Source of the DNA: a virus | Length of the DNA stretch: 64,000 nucleotides | Virus genome (UHGV): UHGV-0131811 | Reading direction: 5' to 3' (one strand) | Shown here: piece after piece, positions 54,627 through 63,982 of the stretch | Numbering within the stretch: the first letter of the stretch is position 1 | Layout of the letters: each line of letters begins with the position of its first letter | Notes under the pieces: generated by a model | Told to the model about the DNA's origin: nothing | The model's database searches: none | What the model saw: the letters and a program-made list of their open reading frames with translations, nothing else | Made by a program: the position numbers and the translations under genes

Positions 54627-55126
54627 TTTACGAAGAAAGATATAAGATAGATTACCAGAAGACTGGTCATCATGTCTCTCTAAGAGTAACCAAACCAAAT
54701 GGAGATACCGGTATCATAGCACATTTTGGTGGTGATTATTGGTACGGTACAGGTTGCTTTGAAGGATACACTCAAGAATACTTGAAAGCTTTCTACAGAG
54801 ACTTTACAAATGACTACAACAGGGTTGTTGAAGAGAAGAATAAGTGCATTAAGCATGAATACCACGCCAGAGGTTGTCTGAATATTGTTATGATACTGGT
54901 TTTCTTCTTAGCAACATTACTAGCCGTATCAGCAATCAGCTACATAGCTCAAGATTTGACCATTACACAGATTACTGCAAAGCTACATGATATCTGGTAC
55001 TTGTATACTGTTCCTTTAGCTGGTATCATCATCTCACTAATGAGATTCAGAGTTCATAAGAAACGACTTAAGGACTCTGAGGTTAAACTTGAAGAGGTAA
55101 GTAAAGAATGCAACCTACAATTATAG
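54623..55126 (+). CDS. Membrane protein (two predicted transmembrane segments)
   Basis: 167 aa; hydrophobic LNIVMILVFFLATLLAVSAISYIA and WYLYTVPLAGIIISLM then charged C-terminus. Confidence 0.45.
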   Translation: MIYEERYKIDYQKTGHHVSLRVTKPNGDTGIIAHFGGDYWYGTGCFEGYTQEYLKAFYRDFTNDYNRVVEEKNKCIKHEYHARGCLNIVMILVFFLATLLAVSAISYIAQDLTITQITAKLHDIWYLYTVPLAGIIISLMRFRVHKKRLKDSEVKLEEVSKECNLQL

Positions 55127-55202
55127 CTGTATGTGTTCGTTTTGCAATCGCTGAAATGATTAACAAGGCAATCTTGAAAGATGCTTATGGAGAAACTAAG
55201 TA

Positions 55203-55427
55203 ATGATTAAGACACCTGTACCAATTTTTGGATTTCCATCTATTGAAGAGTTCAAAGTCTATCTTGACAAAAACTTCTACAATGAGCAGCCTGTTACTTT
55301 ACTGAAGAGTGACTTATCAGAGCTTCTTGATATGGTTATTAAGGCAACTTCTGAGAAGGAGCCTGAGCAGAAAGCTGAGAAGAAGACTAGTAAGAAATCC
55401 GACAAGAAGACTGAAAAGTCTGAGTAA
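55203..55427 (+). CDS. Hypothetical protein with Lys-rich C-terminus
   Basis: 74 aa; C-terminus EPEQKAEKKTSKKSDKKTEKSE. Confidence 0.4.
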   Translation: MIKTPVPIFGFPSIEEFKVYLDKNFYNEQPVTLLKSDLSELLDMVIKATSEKEPEQKAEKKTSKKSDKKTEKSE

Positions 55428-55481
55428 TAACTTGAGGGGTTACTTGATAGCCCCTTTGTAGAAACTTAGAAGGTATCGAAT

Positions 55482-56219
55482 ATGCAAATCATAGCTGGTC
55501 AAGAACTTGACATCATAGATGCAAAAACACAGAAGTATATTGCAACAGTGAAGGCTATAGGAGTTAGGGATTGGAGTACTGAATACCCCATTCAATGCCT
55601 TGTGCTGGAAAAGTTTAAAGCTAATGGTATACACTTTTATCATGGTGACTACATCAGCTTTAACAAAGACGGTTATTGGCAAGGTAAGAACCATCCTCAA
55701 GCAAATGAGTTTGATATGCGCCTAGTGATACCACAAAAAGGTAATCCACAAAACGTAAAAGATATCCTTGTAGAAGCCTATGCAGAAGGTAGCGAAATGA
55801 AAGAGCTTATTGGTAAAAGATTGACAGTTTACTGCTCTAAAACGAAGAAACCACTTACTTCTGTGAAGGTCTTTGATGTTGACACCACTGGTGTAGAGTA
55901 CCCAATCCAATGCACAATAATTACTCCATTCAATGCAGATGGTATGGATTTTAAAGAGTGTGAAGTGATATCTTTTAATGCTAATGGGTACTGGAGAGGT
56001 AAGTTAAACAAGCAATCAAAAGATTTTGATATGCAAATCCTTATCAATGAAGGCTATATCGGTGTAAAAGATATCCTTGTAGAAGCCTATGAAGAAGGTA
56101 TAATAGATGTTGTGCATGATGTTGAAAAAGCTTTAAAGCTTGTTATGCCGCATTTAGAATCTGGAAAGCTGACTTTAGAGATGCTTAATAGGGTTATTCG
56201 GAGAGCTTATGAAAATTAA
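55482..56219 (+). CDS. Hypothetical protein with internal tandem duplication
   Basis: 245 aa; halves share YPIQC, NGYW.GK, DFDM and VKDILVEAY.EG blocks. Confidence 0.45.
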   Translation: MQIIAGQELDIIDAKTQKYIATVKAIGVRDWSTEYPIQCLVLEKFKANGIHFYHGDYISFNKDGYWQGKNHPQANEFDMRLVIPQKGNPQNVKDILVEAYAEGSEMKELIGKRLTVYCSKTKKPLTSVKVFDVDTTGVEYPIQCTIITPFNADGMDFKECEVISFNANGYWRGKLNKQSKDFDMQILINEGYIGVKDILVEAYEEGIIDVVHDVEKALKLVMPHLESGKLTLEMLNRVIRRAYEN

Positions 56220-56673
56220 AGAAACAGTTCGAAAAGCAATGCTTACCAATTCAACTAAAGATGAAATGTACAAAGAAATCTGTGATGAGTTGAATTGCTC
56301 AAGACATGCTGCTAAGGTTCTTGTACATTGTTTTATCTGGGAATGTTCAGAAGCTTATATGCAATATGTAGCGTTTGAGAGTTCTTACTTACTAGGCGAT
56401 GTAGAAGCTGGTGAGGAGCTAAAAGAACCTGAGATGAAAACAGTTCCTAAAGTTGGTAATGTATACCACCTTAAAGACTTCAAGACTGGAAAGATTGTTG
56501 CAAAAGGTGTAGTAGAATCTGTTTATCACGATGGTAAATACTTATTTAAAATATTTGAGTATGATAGCCACTACACACACTTATGCGGGATTACATTCTT
56601 AGTAACAGAAGAAGACCTCATTAAGAACAACGGCAACAAGTTTGCAGTTCCAGCTTACCAAGTTTTACGATAA
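56209..56673 (+). CDS. Hypothetical protein
   Basis: 154 aa ORF. Confidence 0.45.
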   Translation: MKIKETVRKAMLTNSTKDEMYKEICDELNCSRHAAKVLVHCFIWECSEAYMQYVAFESSYLLGDVEAGEELKEPEMKTVPKVGNVYHLKDFKTGKIVAKGVVESVYHDGKYLFKIFEYDSHYTHLCGITFLVTEEDLIKNNGNKFAVPAYQVLR

Positions 56674-56686
56674 TGGTGTGATAGCT

Positions 56687-57235
56687 ATGGGAAAAGATAA
56701 CTTAAAAGATGTTGAAGGTAACTATCTAGTCCTTGATTGGAGTGATGCTCAAGAAGCACTCTCTGAAGAAAGTCTTGACAGATTAAAACAGATTGTTTTT
56801 GCAGTACGGGGTTACAGAGAAGTTAAAAATGGTAAAGACCCACTTGAAGGAGTCTTTGTAGAGAAATCTTATCCGTTCTATGAAGACACTTTGCAGAAAG
56901 TTAAGATGTACTTTAAACAGAAGAACCGTAAAGTGGTCACTATGGTTTCTCTTGGTGGACAGAGTATGTCTGTGATGGAAGACATCAACCCTAAGAGACC
57001 GAGTAAAGGTGTTTGTATAAAAATCACAGGACATGAAGAGTATATCTCAGTGGATGACTTTAGTGCATTCTGTAATGGGTCTGCTGTCTTTAATGGGTTT
57101 CACTATGATATCCGAGTGTATCCAATCAAGGGAGATGATATCATGATGCAGATATTCGATAACAACAACGGACTCACTCATTTTTATCAGACAACTAAGT
57201 CATCCCTAAAAACAGTTCTGGAAACACTGATTTAA
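56687..57235 (+). CDS. Hypothetical protein
   Basis: ATG 56687 chosen to avoid overlap with upstream gene; track start is 56642. Confidence 0.4.
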   Translation: MGKDNLKDVEGNYLVLDWSDAQEALSEESLDRLKQIVFAVRGYREVKNGKDPLEGVFVEKSYPFYEDTLQKVKMYFKQKNRKVVTMVSLGGQSMSVMEDINPKRPSKGVCIKITGHEEYISVDDFSAFCNGSAVFNGFHYDIRVYPIKGDDIMMQIFDNNNGLTHFYQTTKSSLKTVLETLI

Positions 57236-57245
57236 AATATCTTAA

Positions 57246-57275
57246 GAGCCTCCTTAATCGGGGGCTTTTTAATTT
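57246..57275 (+). terminator. Terminator-like hairpin after last plus-strand gene
   Basis: AGCCTCCTTAATCGGGGGCT followed by TTTTTAATTTTTAT. Confidence 0.5.
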
Positions 57276-57299
57276 TTATAAAATTTTATCGGTTGTCCC

Positions 57300-58760
57300 A
57301 ACCTCTGGGTCACCATCATATGTGAACAAAATATCTATCCTTCTTAACAACCTTCTTAATCTTACTCTCTATATAGTTATATAGTACTATATAGTATCTT
57401 AGTAACTATCTAGTGGTCTTAATAGTCCCTCTGTATAACCCTTCTAACAAGCCCTCTAACAAGTCTTCTTAACAACCTATACAATCACCTTAACCATCTC
57501 TCTATACCCTCTTAGAAGCTCCTATACACCTCTTAATCTCTATGTCAGCTATGATACCCTCTATAGGTGTTCACTAGGTATTACTAAGCCTCTATATAGA
57601 CTGTTTTAACAAACTTAACAGGAATATCTTTACAGACCTTATCTCACAAGGTCTAACACGGTACTAACAAGGTATCTTATAAGCCTGTTTCTGCCTGTAT
57701 TTTTAAAAGGCTGTATAGGTAATTATTCAGAATCTTAAAATTTTTATAAAATAGGACTATCAAGTCATTTTTTAGGGTCTTTGAAGGAACTGAAAAATAT
57801 CTGTAGAAGATGTATATCTGCTTGGTAGCCCTTAACAGCTCCCTTACAAGTACTTTGCAAAATCTTAAAATATCATTAACAATCTCTTAACAACTCTCTC
57901 AAGTTCTTAACATCTCTTCAGAGGTCTTAACAGATTCTTAACAGAACTAACAAGGTTGTAACAAGTTCTTAACAGTTGATACATAGGCTTTACAGAATCT
58001 TAACAGATGACTAACAAGAGCTAACAAGTTAATTTTAAAGGGTTATTTTGTTAAGATAATTAACAAGTTTCTAACAAGTGTTTAATCTTTTTAACAAGCT
58101 ATTAACATGGTCACTATCTCTTTTCTTATCGTTCCCTTTACTTCTTAGTGATTCCTTAAACATACCTCTTAAAAGCTCTCTATAGCCCCTTATAAGTTCT
58201 TTTAAGCCTCTTCCTAGTATTTACCCCTCAACTGTATGGATAGCTCTTTATAGGGCTTTACAGGAGCTTTTAAGGCTATGTCAAAGACTCTTACAAGGCT
58301 TTTACGTGGTCTTAACAGAGATTTAACAAGGGGCTAACAAGTCTCTAACAAGCATAACTATGTAGGGATTGTTAAGAAATTGTTAAGAAAATGTTAAGGG
58401 GGCTAGCATTTACGTAGCTTTTAAGCTATCTATCACGTAACTTTATAGCCCCTATAACATACTTTTTAGTGACTATCAAGGGATTGTTTAGATATTCACA
58501 AGATACTAGCCAGCTTATAAGCTTGTACCCTTATAAGATTCTTCTAAGGCTCTGGGAAGCTCTATAAAGGGCTTTTTAGAGTGGGTTAATATGATTGCTT
58601 AAGTTAGGTTGATAAGGCTGTTATAGAGCGTTATAGAGCGTTTTAATGGTTGCCCTTCCCTTTCGGGTTATGGGCTTATATTTAAGTTGATTTGATAAAA
58701 GGCTATAGAGTAGACTATAGAGTTATTGCTTTTAAGGTATGGGATAGATTCTAGGAAGGA
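57300..58760. repeat. Iteron-like array: about 25 copies of (C/T)TAACA(A/G)G with AT-rich TATATAGT repeats and other short direct repeats
   Basis: AT-rich TATATAGTTATATAGTACTATATAGTA at 57390-57420; TAACAAG/TAACAG copies clustered 57450-58360; GTTATAGAGCG x2 at 58617-58638; TTGTTAAGAAA x2 at 58368-58390. No ORF of 60 aa or more on either strand. Confidence 0.6.
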
Positions 58761-58859
58761 AAGGAAAGAGATTGTATAGAGTTTCTTTATAGACGTAAAA
58801 AAGCCCCTATGAGAAGGAGCTTTTAAGGTATCTGGGGCTATTTAGCCCCGTTGCGTCGA

Positions 58860-59108
58860 TTAGTTAGTGCCATCTTTGTCGTAGTATAGGGAGACAATTT
58901 TTTCACCCCAATAGTGATAAGAATAACCATCTTTGAGAACTTCCTGTTTTGTTTCTTTCCAGAACTCATCAGAAGGGTTATAGTCTTTGATGGTTTGACT
59001 GATAAGACCTTTCACCATCTCAAAGGCGTTATCAGTACCTACAAGGTCAAATTTAACATCCAGAGAGCAAAAGCCGAATTCGTTAACAGTTGCGCGGATA
59101 GTAGCCAT
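58860..59108 (-). CDS. Hypothetical small protein (early-gene array)
   Basis: Start set to ATG behind GGAGATTCTAAA RBS; the track N-terminal extension is a translation of the conserved 5' leader. Confidence 0.5.
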   Translation of the reverse strand: MATIRATVNEFGFCSLDVKFDLVGTDNAFEMVKGLISQTIKDYNPSDEFWKETKQEVLKDGYSYHYWGEKIVSLYYDKDGTN

Positions 59109-59185
59109 TTTAGAATCTCCTAGTTTAAGGTTTTTATTTAGTAGGGAGGTCATCCCTCCCCGTTGATTAGTAATTTACTGCATGT
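59109..59185 (-). promoter_or_regulatory. Conserved 5' leader, class A (hairpin GGGGAGGGAT-GACC-TCCCTAC + TAAACTAGGAGATTCTAAA)
   Basis: Near-identical copies at 59439-59515, 60577-60655, 61801-61875, 62665-62745. Confidence 0.55.
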
Positions 59186-59438
59186 TGGCGTAGGTTGCAA
59201 GCCTTTTTTCGTTGTATTTTGTAAGAATCTCACAAGATAGAACATCGTACTTTGTAACCGCTTTGCTTTTGTCGAGGTCAAAAAAGCCAAATGCTTTACC
59301 ATCTTTGAATCCGACAACTTCGTAAGATTCTTTGATGATTTCACCATTGAACAAATCACTCTCTATACGGTGAAATAATGCTACGTCTTCCTTGTCGGTT
59401 GCGATTTGTAAGAGTGTGGTCAGTTCTACGTGTTCCAT
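59175..59438 (-). CDS. Hypothetical small protein
   Basis: 87 aa; ATG behind class A leader. Confidence 0.5.
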   Translation of the reverse strand: MEHVELTTLLQIATDKEDVALFHRIESDLFNGEIIKESYEVVGFKDGKAFGFFDLDKSKAVTKYDVLSCEILTKYNEKRLATYANMQ

Positions 59439-59515
59439 TTTGAATCTCCAGTTTAGGACTTTACTTAGTGGGGAAGGTTATTCCCTCCCCGTTGATTGAT
59501 AATTTACAGACTTTT
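59439..59515 (-). promoter_or_regulatory. Conserved 5' leader, class A
   Basis: AACGGGGAGGGAATAACCTTCCCCACTAAGTAAAGTCCTAAACTGGAGATTCAAAATG in sense. Confidence 0.55.
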
Positions 59516-60034
59516 GATTGTCTCGTCAATATCTTTTTCAATTTCTCTTAAAGTTTTTTCTAAGTTCTTGATATTCAGCATTAACCCCTCTCCCAGTGTC
59601 TTAGCGTAACCATTTGGGCGATGGTCATAAAGCTCGATTTCTTCCACTTCGTAAAGGCTGACATTGAAGCCCCCTACCCCGTAGGCTGTGGATGAAGTGC
59701 CTTCCGGTGCTTTGTAGTATTTATTGAGATTCTTTAAAGAGCGCTCGTAAGCCATACGATAACCGTTTAACACTGTTTTAGTGCATTCACGAACACTTTC
59801 ACACTGTACGGCATACTTTTCTAAGAAGAGCGGGAGGAGTTCCGCTACAGCTTGCATAAAGTTAGAAACTACAACCGTAGAAACATTACGACGATGGATA
59901 TAATAAGCCCCGTTGTTTGATTTGGTGATGGTAGCAAAGTGTTCACCATTGCAACGGAATTCGTAGGTATCCTTAACAGGCTTAGACATGACACTATTTG
60001 AGCGAATGTAGTTGATAGCTTTGAACTTGTTCAT
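59504..60034 (-). CDS. Hypothetical protein
   Basis: 176 aa; ATG behind GGAGATTCAAAA RBS. Confidence 0.5.
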   Translation of the reverse strand: MNKFKAINYIRSNSVMSKPVKDTYEFRCNGEHFATITKSNNGAYYIHRRNVSTVVVSNFMQAVAELLPLFLEKYAVQCESVRECTKTVLNGYRMAYERSLKNLNKYYKAPEGTSSTAYGVGGFNVSLYEVEEIELYDHRPNGYAKTLGEGLMLNIKNLEKTLREIEKDIDETIKSL

Positions 60035-60234
60035 TTTTGAATCTCCAGTTTAGGAAAGCATTATTGCTTGAGATAAACTATAAAGTTTTTGGAAGATGAT
60101 TGCAAGCAATTTTTTAAGTTTATCTATAAAGAATCTTTTAAGTGAATCCCTTTTAGATAAACCCCCTCGAACAAATGTACTATTGTCAAGGGGTATTGTC
60201 AACACTTTTTTAAAAGTTTTTTATAAGTTATTGA

Positions 60235-60576
60235 TTAACTGATGAATATTTTTTCAGGTTTTACATAGCTGATACGCTGACTTTTTAGCAGGTCATCCCA
60301 GATTAGCGCGGCGATATGGGCATAACCGGATTCACGTAAAAGCTTCATTGTTTTACTTCTAGTTTCAAAACGGCTTGCGTAGTACTCACTATTTAAAACC
60401 GTTTTATTCCCTTCGTTATCTACATGGATAACCTGCATCACTTGAAATGGGCTTACATCCTCGCCTTTATTCCACTGCTCAAAGTATTTTAGGCACTGCA
60501 TAGGTGACATCTTGTCACTAACCTGAGTTGACCAAGATGAATTCTCTTTATCAGTAATTACGGTTACATAAGCCAT
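60235..60576 (-). CDS. Hypothetical protein
   Basis: 113 aa; ATG behind class A leader. Confidence 0.5.
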   Translation of the reverse strand: MAYVTVITDKENSSWSTQVSDKMSPMQCLKYFEQWNKGEDVSPFQVMQVIHVDNEGNKTVLNSEYYASRFETRSKTMKLLRESGYAHIAALIWDDLLKSQRISYVKPEKIFIS

Positions 60577-60655
60577 TTTTAGAATCTCCAGTTTAGGACT
60601 TTATTTAGTGGGGAAGGTCATTCCCTCCCCGTTGATGTGTAATTTACAGACTTTT
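60577..60655 (-). promoter_or_regulatory. Conserved 5' leader, class A
   Basis: Hairpin GGGGAGGGAATGACCTTCCCC plus GGAGATTCTAAAAATG. Confidence 0.55.
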
Positions 60656-60666
60656 ATCAGGCTTGT

Positions 60667-60900
60667 CTAGTCTTTTTCAATGATAATTTCATATTGACCA
60701 TCAACACTGTCGAAATAGATTCCTTCTTCATCTTCTGTCTTAAAGTAGCATTGTATATCATCACTGGCGGGATAGTCTTGTCTTGCTATCTGGCAAACCT
60801 GAATAGCATTTTCTTTACTTCCTGTAAACTCTTCAAGCCCTTTAAAGTCACATGAATGACCGCTACAGATAGAAAGGATGAGATAAATGGTTGTAAGCAT
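60667..60900 (-). CDS. Hypothetical small protein with N-terminal signal-like segment
   Basis: 77 aa; MLTTIYLILSICSGHSC hydrophobic start with Cys; lacks the conserved leader. Confidence 0.4.
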   Translation of the reverse strand: MLTTIYLILSICSGHSCDFKGLEEFTGSKENAIQVCQIARQDYPASDDIQCYFKTEDEEGIYFDSVDGQYEIIIEKD

Positions 60901-60966
60901 GATTTAAGCCCTCTAAAAGCCCCTGTAAGGGGTTAATCAGTGTTTATAAGGTGAATGTATAGGTTT

Positions 60967-61509
60967 TTAGAAAAAGACCTTTAAATCACTCTCTACAATG
61001 TTTTCTGTCAGTGTATCCATGATGTCACAAAAAACCTGAATACTGTCGGATTGTTGGATACTTTTAGCAAGTAGCTCCAATGTTTCATCAAGATAATTTA
61101 AATTTGGGTTATCCAGTGAAGGGAGACAAAAAGGTGAATACATAGCGTTGAACTCTGTTGTATAGACCTTTTTAATCCAATTTACATCAAAGTACTCTGT
61201 AAAGCTTGCTATATTTGACATGTTATCACAAGAATAATCATCATTTAGCTCATCCTCTGGAATGTCAAGTTCTAAGATAACAATATTTTGAGTTTTCATC
61301 TGAAAAGCTGCCGTGATAGTGGCATTTCCTAGAGCTTGCTGGATACCTTCCGATGCTATCTCTTCCTCATCATCACCATAGAGTTTATTTTCTGGGTACA
61401 CGTAAAAATTGCCGTCCATATCCGAACAATTCCATACACCTGATGGTTTATCACCGTTATTAATCAGGTTGATAAAGTTTTCTTGAGTAGTACCGTGAAA
61501 GCATTTCAT
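60967..61509 (-). CDS. Hypothetical protein
   Basis: 180 aa; ATG behind class B leader. Confidence 0.5.
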   Translation of the reverse strand: MKCFHGTTQENFINLINNGDKPSGVWNCSDMDGNFYVYPENKLYGDDEEEIASEGIQQALGNATITAAFQMKTQNIVILELDIPEDELNDDYSCDNMSNIASFTEYFDVNWIKKVYTTEFNAMYSPFCLPSLDNPNLNYLDETLELLAKSIQQSDSIQVFCDIMDTLTENIVESDLKVFF

Positions 61510-61602
61510 TTTGAATCTCCTAGTTTAAGGATTTAGTGGTAAAGCTCTTTATCTGGGGCTTACTTTATCGAACTATAAGCCCCTTGTAAAGTACTTTATC
61601 AG
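61510..61602 (-). promoter_or_regulatory. Conserved 5' leader, class B (hairpin AAGGGGCTTA...TAAGCCCC + AGATAAAGAGCTTTACCAC + TAAACTAGGAGATTC)
   Basis: Near-identical copies at 62307-62391 and 63605-63691. Confidence 0.55.
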
Positions 61603-61800
61603 TTAATTTTTGACAACTTTTAAAACTGCAAGATAACCTAAGCAATAAGAATCACCGAAGAGAGTTCTACCCATGAAAGAATCATCTTTGATATCCTTTG
61701 CAGTGACTGTTTTTTCTACGCCGTGGGAAAGAACTACATCACCAACTTTAATGTCTTTGATGTGCGTGGTTTCAATGGTTAAACCGTTGATAATAGCCAT
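61603..61800 (-). CDS. Hypothetical small protein
   Basis: 65 aa; ATG behind class A leader. Confidence 0.45.
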   Translation of the reverse strand: MAIINGLTIETTHIKDIKVGDVVLSHGVEKTVTAKDIKDDSFMGRTLFGDSYCLGYLAVLKVVKN

Positions 61801-61875
61801 TTTGAGTCTCCTAGTTTAAGGACTTTACTTAGTGGGGAGGGTCATTCCCTCCCCGTTGATGTGTAATTTAATCTA
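61801..61875 (-). promoter_or_regulatory. Conserved 5' leader, class A
   Basis: GGGGAGGGAATGACCCTCCCC hairpin plus GGAGACTCAAAATG. Confidence 0.55.
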
Positions 61876-61901
61876 TCTAAAAATCAGTGTCAATAAAATT
61901 T

Positions 61902-62306
61902 TTAGAGTTCTGCATAAATTGCGTCGCAGATGTCACGAAAGTCATGATTTGCCAAATTACGTTGTAACCAAGTGGCAAAGAAATCAGCGATTGCAAAATT
62001 AGCATCATACTCAACAGATAGCCACACTTTCACGGCAAATCTAAACATTTTCAAGTCTAACTCTTTATTCATTACCTTAGATTTGCCTAACATGTCGGCC
62101 ATTTCATATTGTGCACCGTCTAGCGTGATACCTGCTGCAACGTCAGCCAATGAGTTTTTTACGTTTTCAACGTCTAAGATAACGCTTTGAATCTTTCCGA
62201 TAATGTTGTGCAATGTTTCATCCGGTGCTGATGATGTAATAACATTGATTCGATTAACGGTTAAACGTGCTTTTAAGATTGACAACTCACGATTATTAAT
62301 AGTCAT
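61902..62306 (-). CDS. Hypothetical protein
   Basis: 134 aa; ATG behind class B leader. Confidence 0.5.
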   Translation of the reverse strand: MTINNRELSILKARLTVNRINVITSSAPDETLHNIIGKIQSVILDVENVKNSLADVAAGITLDGAQYEMADMLGKSKVMNKELDLKMFRFAVKVWLSVEYDANFAIADFFATWLQRNLANHDFRDICDAIYAEL

Positions 62307-62391
62307 TTTAGAATCTCCAATTTAGGATTGAGTGGTAAAGCTCTTTATCTGGGGCTTACTGTACAGACTAATAAGCCCCCTGTAAAGTACT
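62307..62391 (-). promoter_or_regulatory. Conserved 5' leader, class B
   Basis: Shares TGGTAAAGCTCTTTATCTGGGGCTTA...TAAGCCCC with 61510-61602 and 63605-63691. Confidence 0.55.
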
Positions 62392-62664
62392 TTATACTAA
62401 ATGCAGTTTTTTACCTTTTACTATGATGTAACTTGATGTGCTATTGCTACATACATCCTGATAAATTCTGCGCAAACGTCCTTCATAGTATACTTTCCAG
62501 CTAGTTGGAATCTTTTTGCCGTATCCGGTAGCAGTTTTTTGGAGTCCTGCGACTTGCCAATCTAAGATATGTTGCTCAGCCTGTAAATCCTCAAAGTGCA
62601 TCACACCGTCTACATAGTGACGTAGAGTGACATTTAAAGTGCGACCGTTGTTAGTAGTATACAT
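62392..62664 (-). CDS. Hypothetical small protein
   Basis: Start trimmed to ATG at 62662-62664 behind RBS; track extension translates the class A leader. Confidence 0.5.
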   Translation of the reverse strand: MYTTNNGRTLNVTLRHYVDGVMHFEDLQAEQHILDWQVAGLQKTATGYGKKIPTSWKVYYEGRLRRIYQDVCSNSTSSYIIVKGKKLHLV

Positions 62665-62745
62665 TTTAGAATCTCCTAGTTTAAGGACTTTATTTAGTAG
62701 GGTGTTTATTGCCTCCCCGTTGATGTGCAATTTAATCTATCTAAA
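62665..62745 (-). promoter_or_regulatory. Conserved 5' leader, class A (variant)
   Basis: GGGGAGGCAATAAACACCCTAC variant plus TAAACTAGGAGATTCTAAAATG. Confidence 0.5.
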
Positions 62746-62753
62746 AATCAGTG

Positions 62754-63086
62754 TCAACAGTTTTGTTTTCGTTTGCTCAACTCTTGAACAATTACAGTAT
62801 GATAGTCTTTTAAGTCACTAATATTTAAAGCATTTATCAGAGAATTATAATCATCGACTAATTGAAAATCATCTTTGAAAATGTCGCTGATTTGATAAGT
62901 TCTCGCCCTGAATCTGAAGCTCATTTCTAACCGCTTTAATTGTTCATCGCTCAACCGCTCTAGAAAGCTCATTACAAGGCTATTGCTAACCTGTTGTGTA
63001 ATTGCCTTATTTGCTAGATTATAGGCTTTATATGCCTTATAGAGCGCGAAAATGGCAATGATTGCAGTGATACCAGTCATTAACAT
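62754..63086 (-). CDS. Hypothetical membrane protein
   Basis: 110 aa; N-terminal hydrophobic segment MLMTGITAIIAIFALY; start overlaps upstream stop. Confidence 0.45.
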   Translation of the reverse strand: MLMTGITAIIAIFALYKAYKAYNLANKAITQQVSNSLVMSFLERLSDEQLKRLEMSFRFRARTYQISDIFKDDFQLVDDYNSLINALNISDLKDYHTVIVQELSKRKQNC

Positions 63087-63376
63087 GGTGCTTCCTCTTT
63101 ACGTGACACTTTGCCATTTACAGTTATCTCATAAGAATCTAGTAAATCGCTTTTAGATTTGACAGGACTTTTAAGAGTATTATCATAGATATTGACTTGC
63201 AATACAGGTTTTTTATACTCCCTGCAACTATTCCATAAGCAAATCACTACACGACGACCTTTTATTTTGCCGTGTAACCATTCCATAACATCATGGCTAT
63301 TTCTTGATGTTTCAATGAAATCAATTTTGTTGAGTAATTTGCTTAGATTTTCACGAACTTTATTTGATAATTTCAT
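63080..63376 (-). CDS. Hypothetical protein
   Basis: 98 aa; ATG behind GGAGATTCAAAA RBS. Confidence 0.45.
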   Translation of the reverse strand: MKLSNKVRENLSKLLNKIDFIETSRNSHDVMEWLHGKIKGRRVVICLWNSCREYKKPVLQVNIYDNTLKSPVKSKSDLLDSYEITVNGKVSRKEEAPC

Positions 63377-63391
63377 TTTTGAATCTCCAGT

Positions 63392-63604
63392 TTAGGATAA
63401 AATAGTAATCGTAAAATTGTAATGACCATTAAGCTGATAAACATAACAGTTAGAGAATACACCAACTAACCGAGGTTTTCCATAAATTTTCATGCGCTCT
63501 TTAATCTCTTTGAGAGATTTCAAACCTGTAAGGTCTTTATTGAAATAGTCATCATCTGTGAATAGGACTTGTGAGGCGGTTTTCAGTTTTTGATTAATGT
63601 TCAT
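63392..63604 (-). CDS. Hypothetical small protein
   Basis: 70 aa; ATG behind GGAGATTCAAAA RBS. Confidence 0.45.
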   Translation of the reverse strand: MNINQKLKTASQVLFTDDDYFNKDLTGLKSLKEIKERMKIYGKPRLVGVFSNCYVYQLNGHYNFTITILS

Positions 63605-63691
63605 TTTTGAATCTCCAGTTTAGGATTAGTGGTAAAGCTCTTTATCTGGGGCTTAAGGTATCAACTTTTAAGCCCCTTGTAAAGTACTTTA
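63605..63691 (-). promoter_or_regulatory. Conserved 5' leader, class B
   Basis: Same hairpin and spacer as 61510-61602. Confidence 0.55.
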
Positions 63692-63982
63692 TCAGTTAAT
63701 TTTCAGCTTTGCATGACTTCTCATTGTACGAATTGGAGATGTTAAGGCTACGCGTCTAATATATGCCTTTTTCGTGTATACATTTGTCTTTCCGATAGTG
63801 TTTACACATGTAAAAAGATTCATTGGTGAATTTTTTAACTTCAACTGTTTATCAGCCTTCACACCCCATCTTACAGCAGATTGTTTTCCGTTGTCAACCA
63901 CTTTCCCGCCTAACTTTTTCGCCATGATGCGAGCGTCATCACGAGTTTTTACAGGAATTACAACGTTTTTGATAGTAGCCAT
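63692..63982 (-). CDS. Hypothetical basic protein
   Basis: 96 aa; ATG behind TTGGAGATTCAAAA RBS at window end. Confidence 0.45.
   Translation of the reverse strand: MATIKNVVIPVKTRDDARIMAKKLGGKVVDNGKQSAVRWGVKADKQLKLKNSPMNLFTCVNTIGKTNVYTKKAYIRRVALTSPIRTMRSHAKLKIN

Noticed and set aside
57300-58760. Possible CRISPR array in the repeat-rich non-coding region
   Set aside because: Repeats are only 7-8 nt, irregularly spaced and in mixed variants, with no 25-40 nt repeat/spacer periodicity and no cas genes.
59150-59359. 69-aa minus-strand ORF and N-terminal extensions (LNKNLKLGDSKM) on several small genes
   Set aside because: These sequences are translations of the conserved 5' leader; real starts are the ATGs directly behind the GGAGATTC ribosome-binding site.
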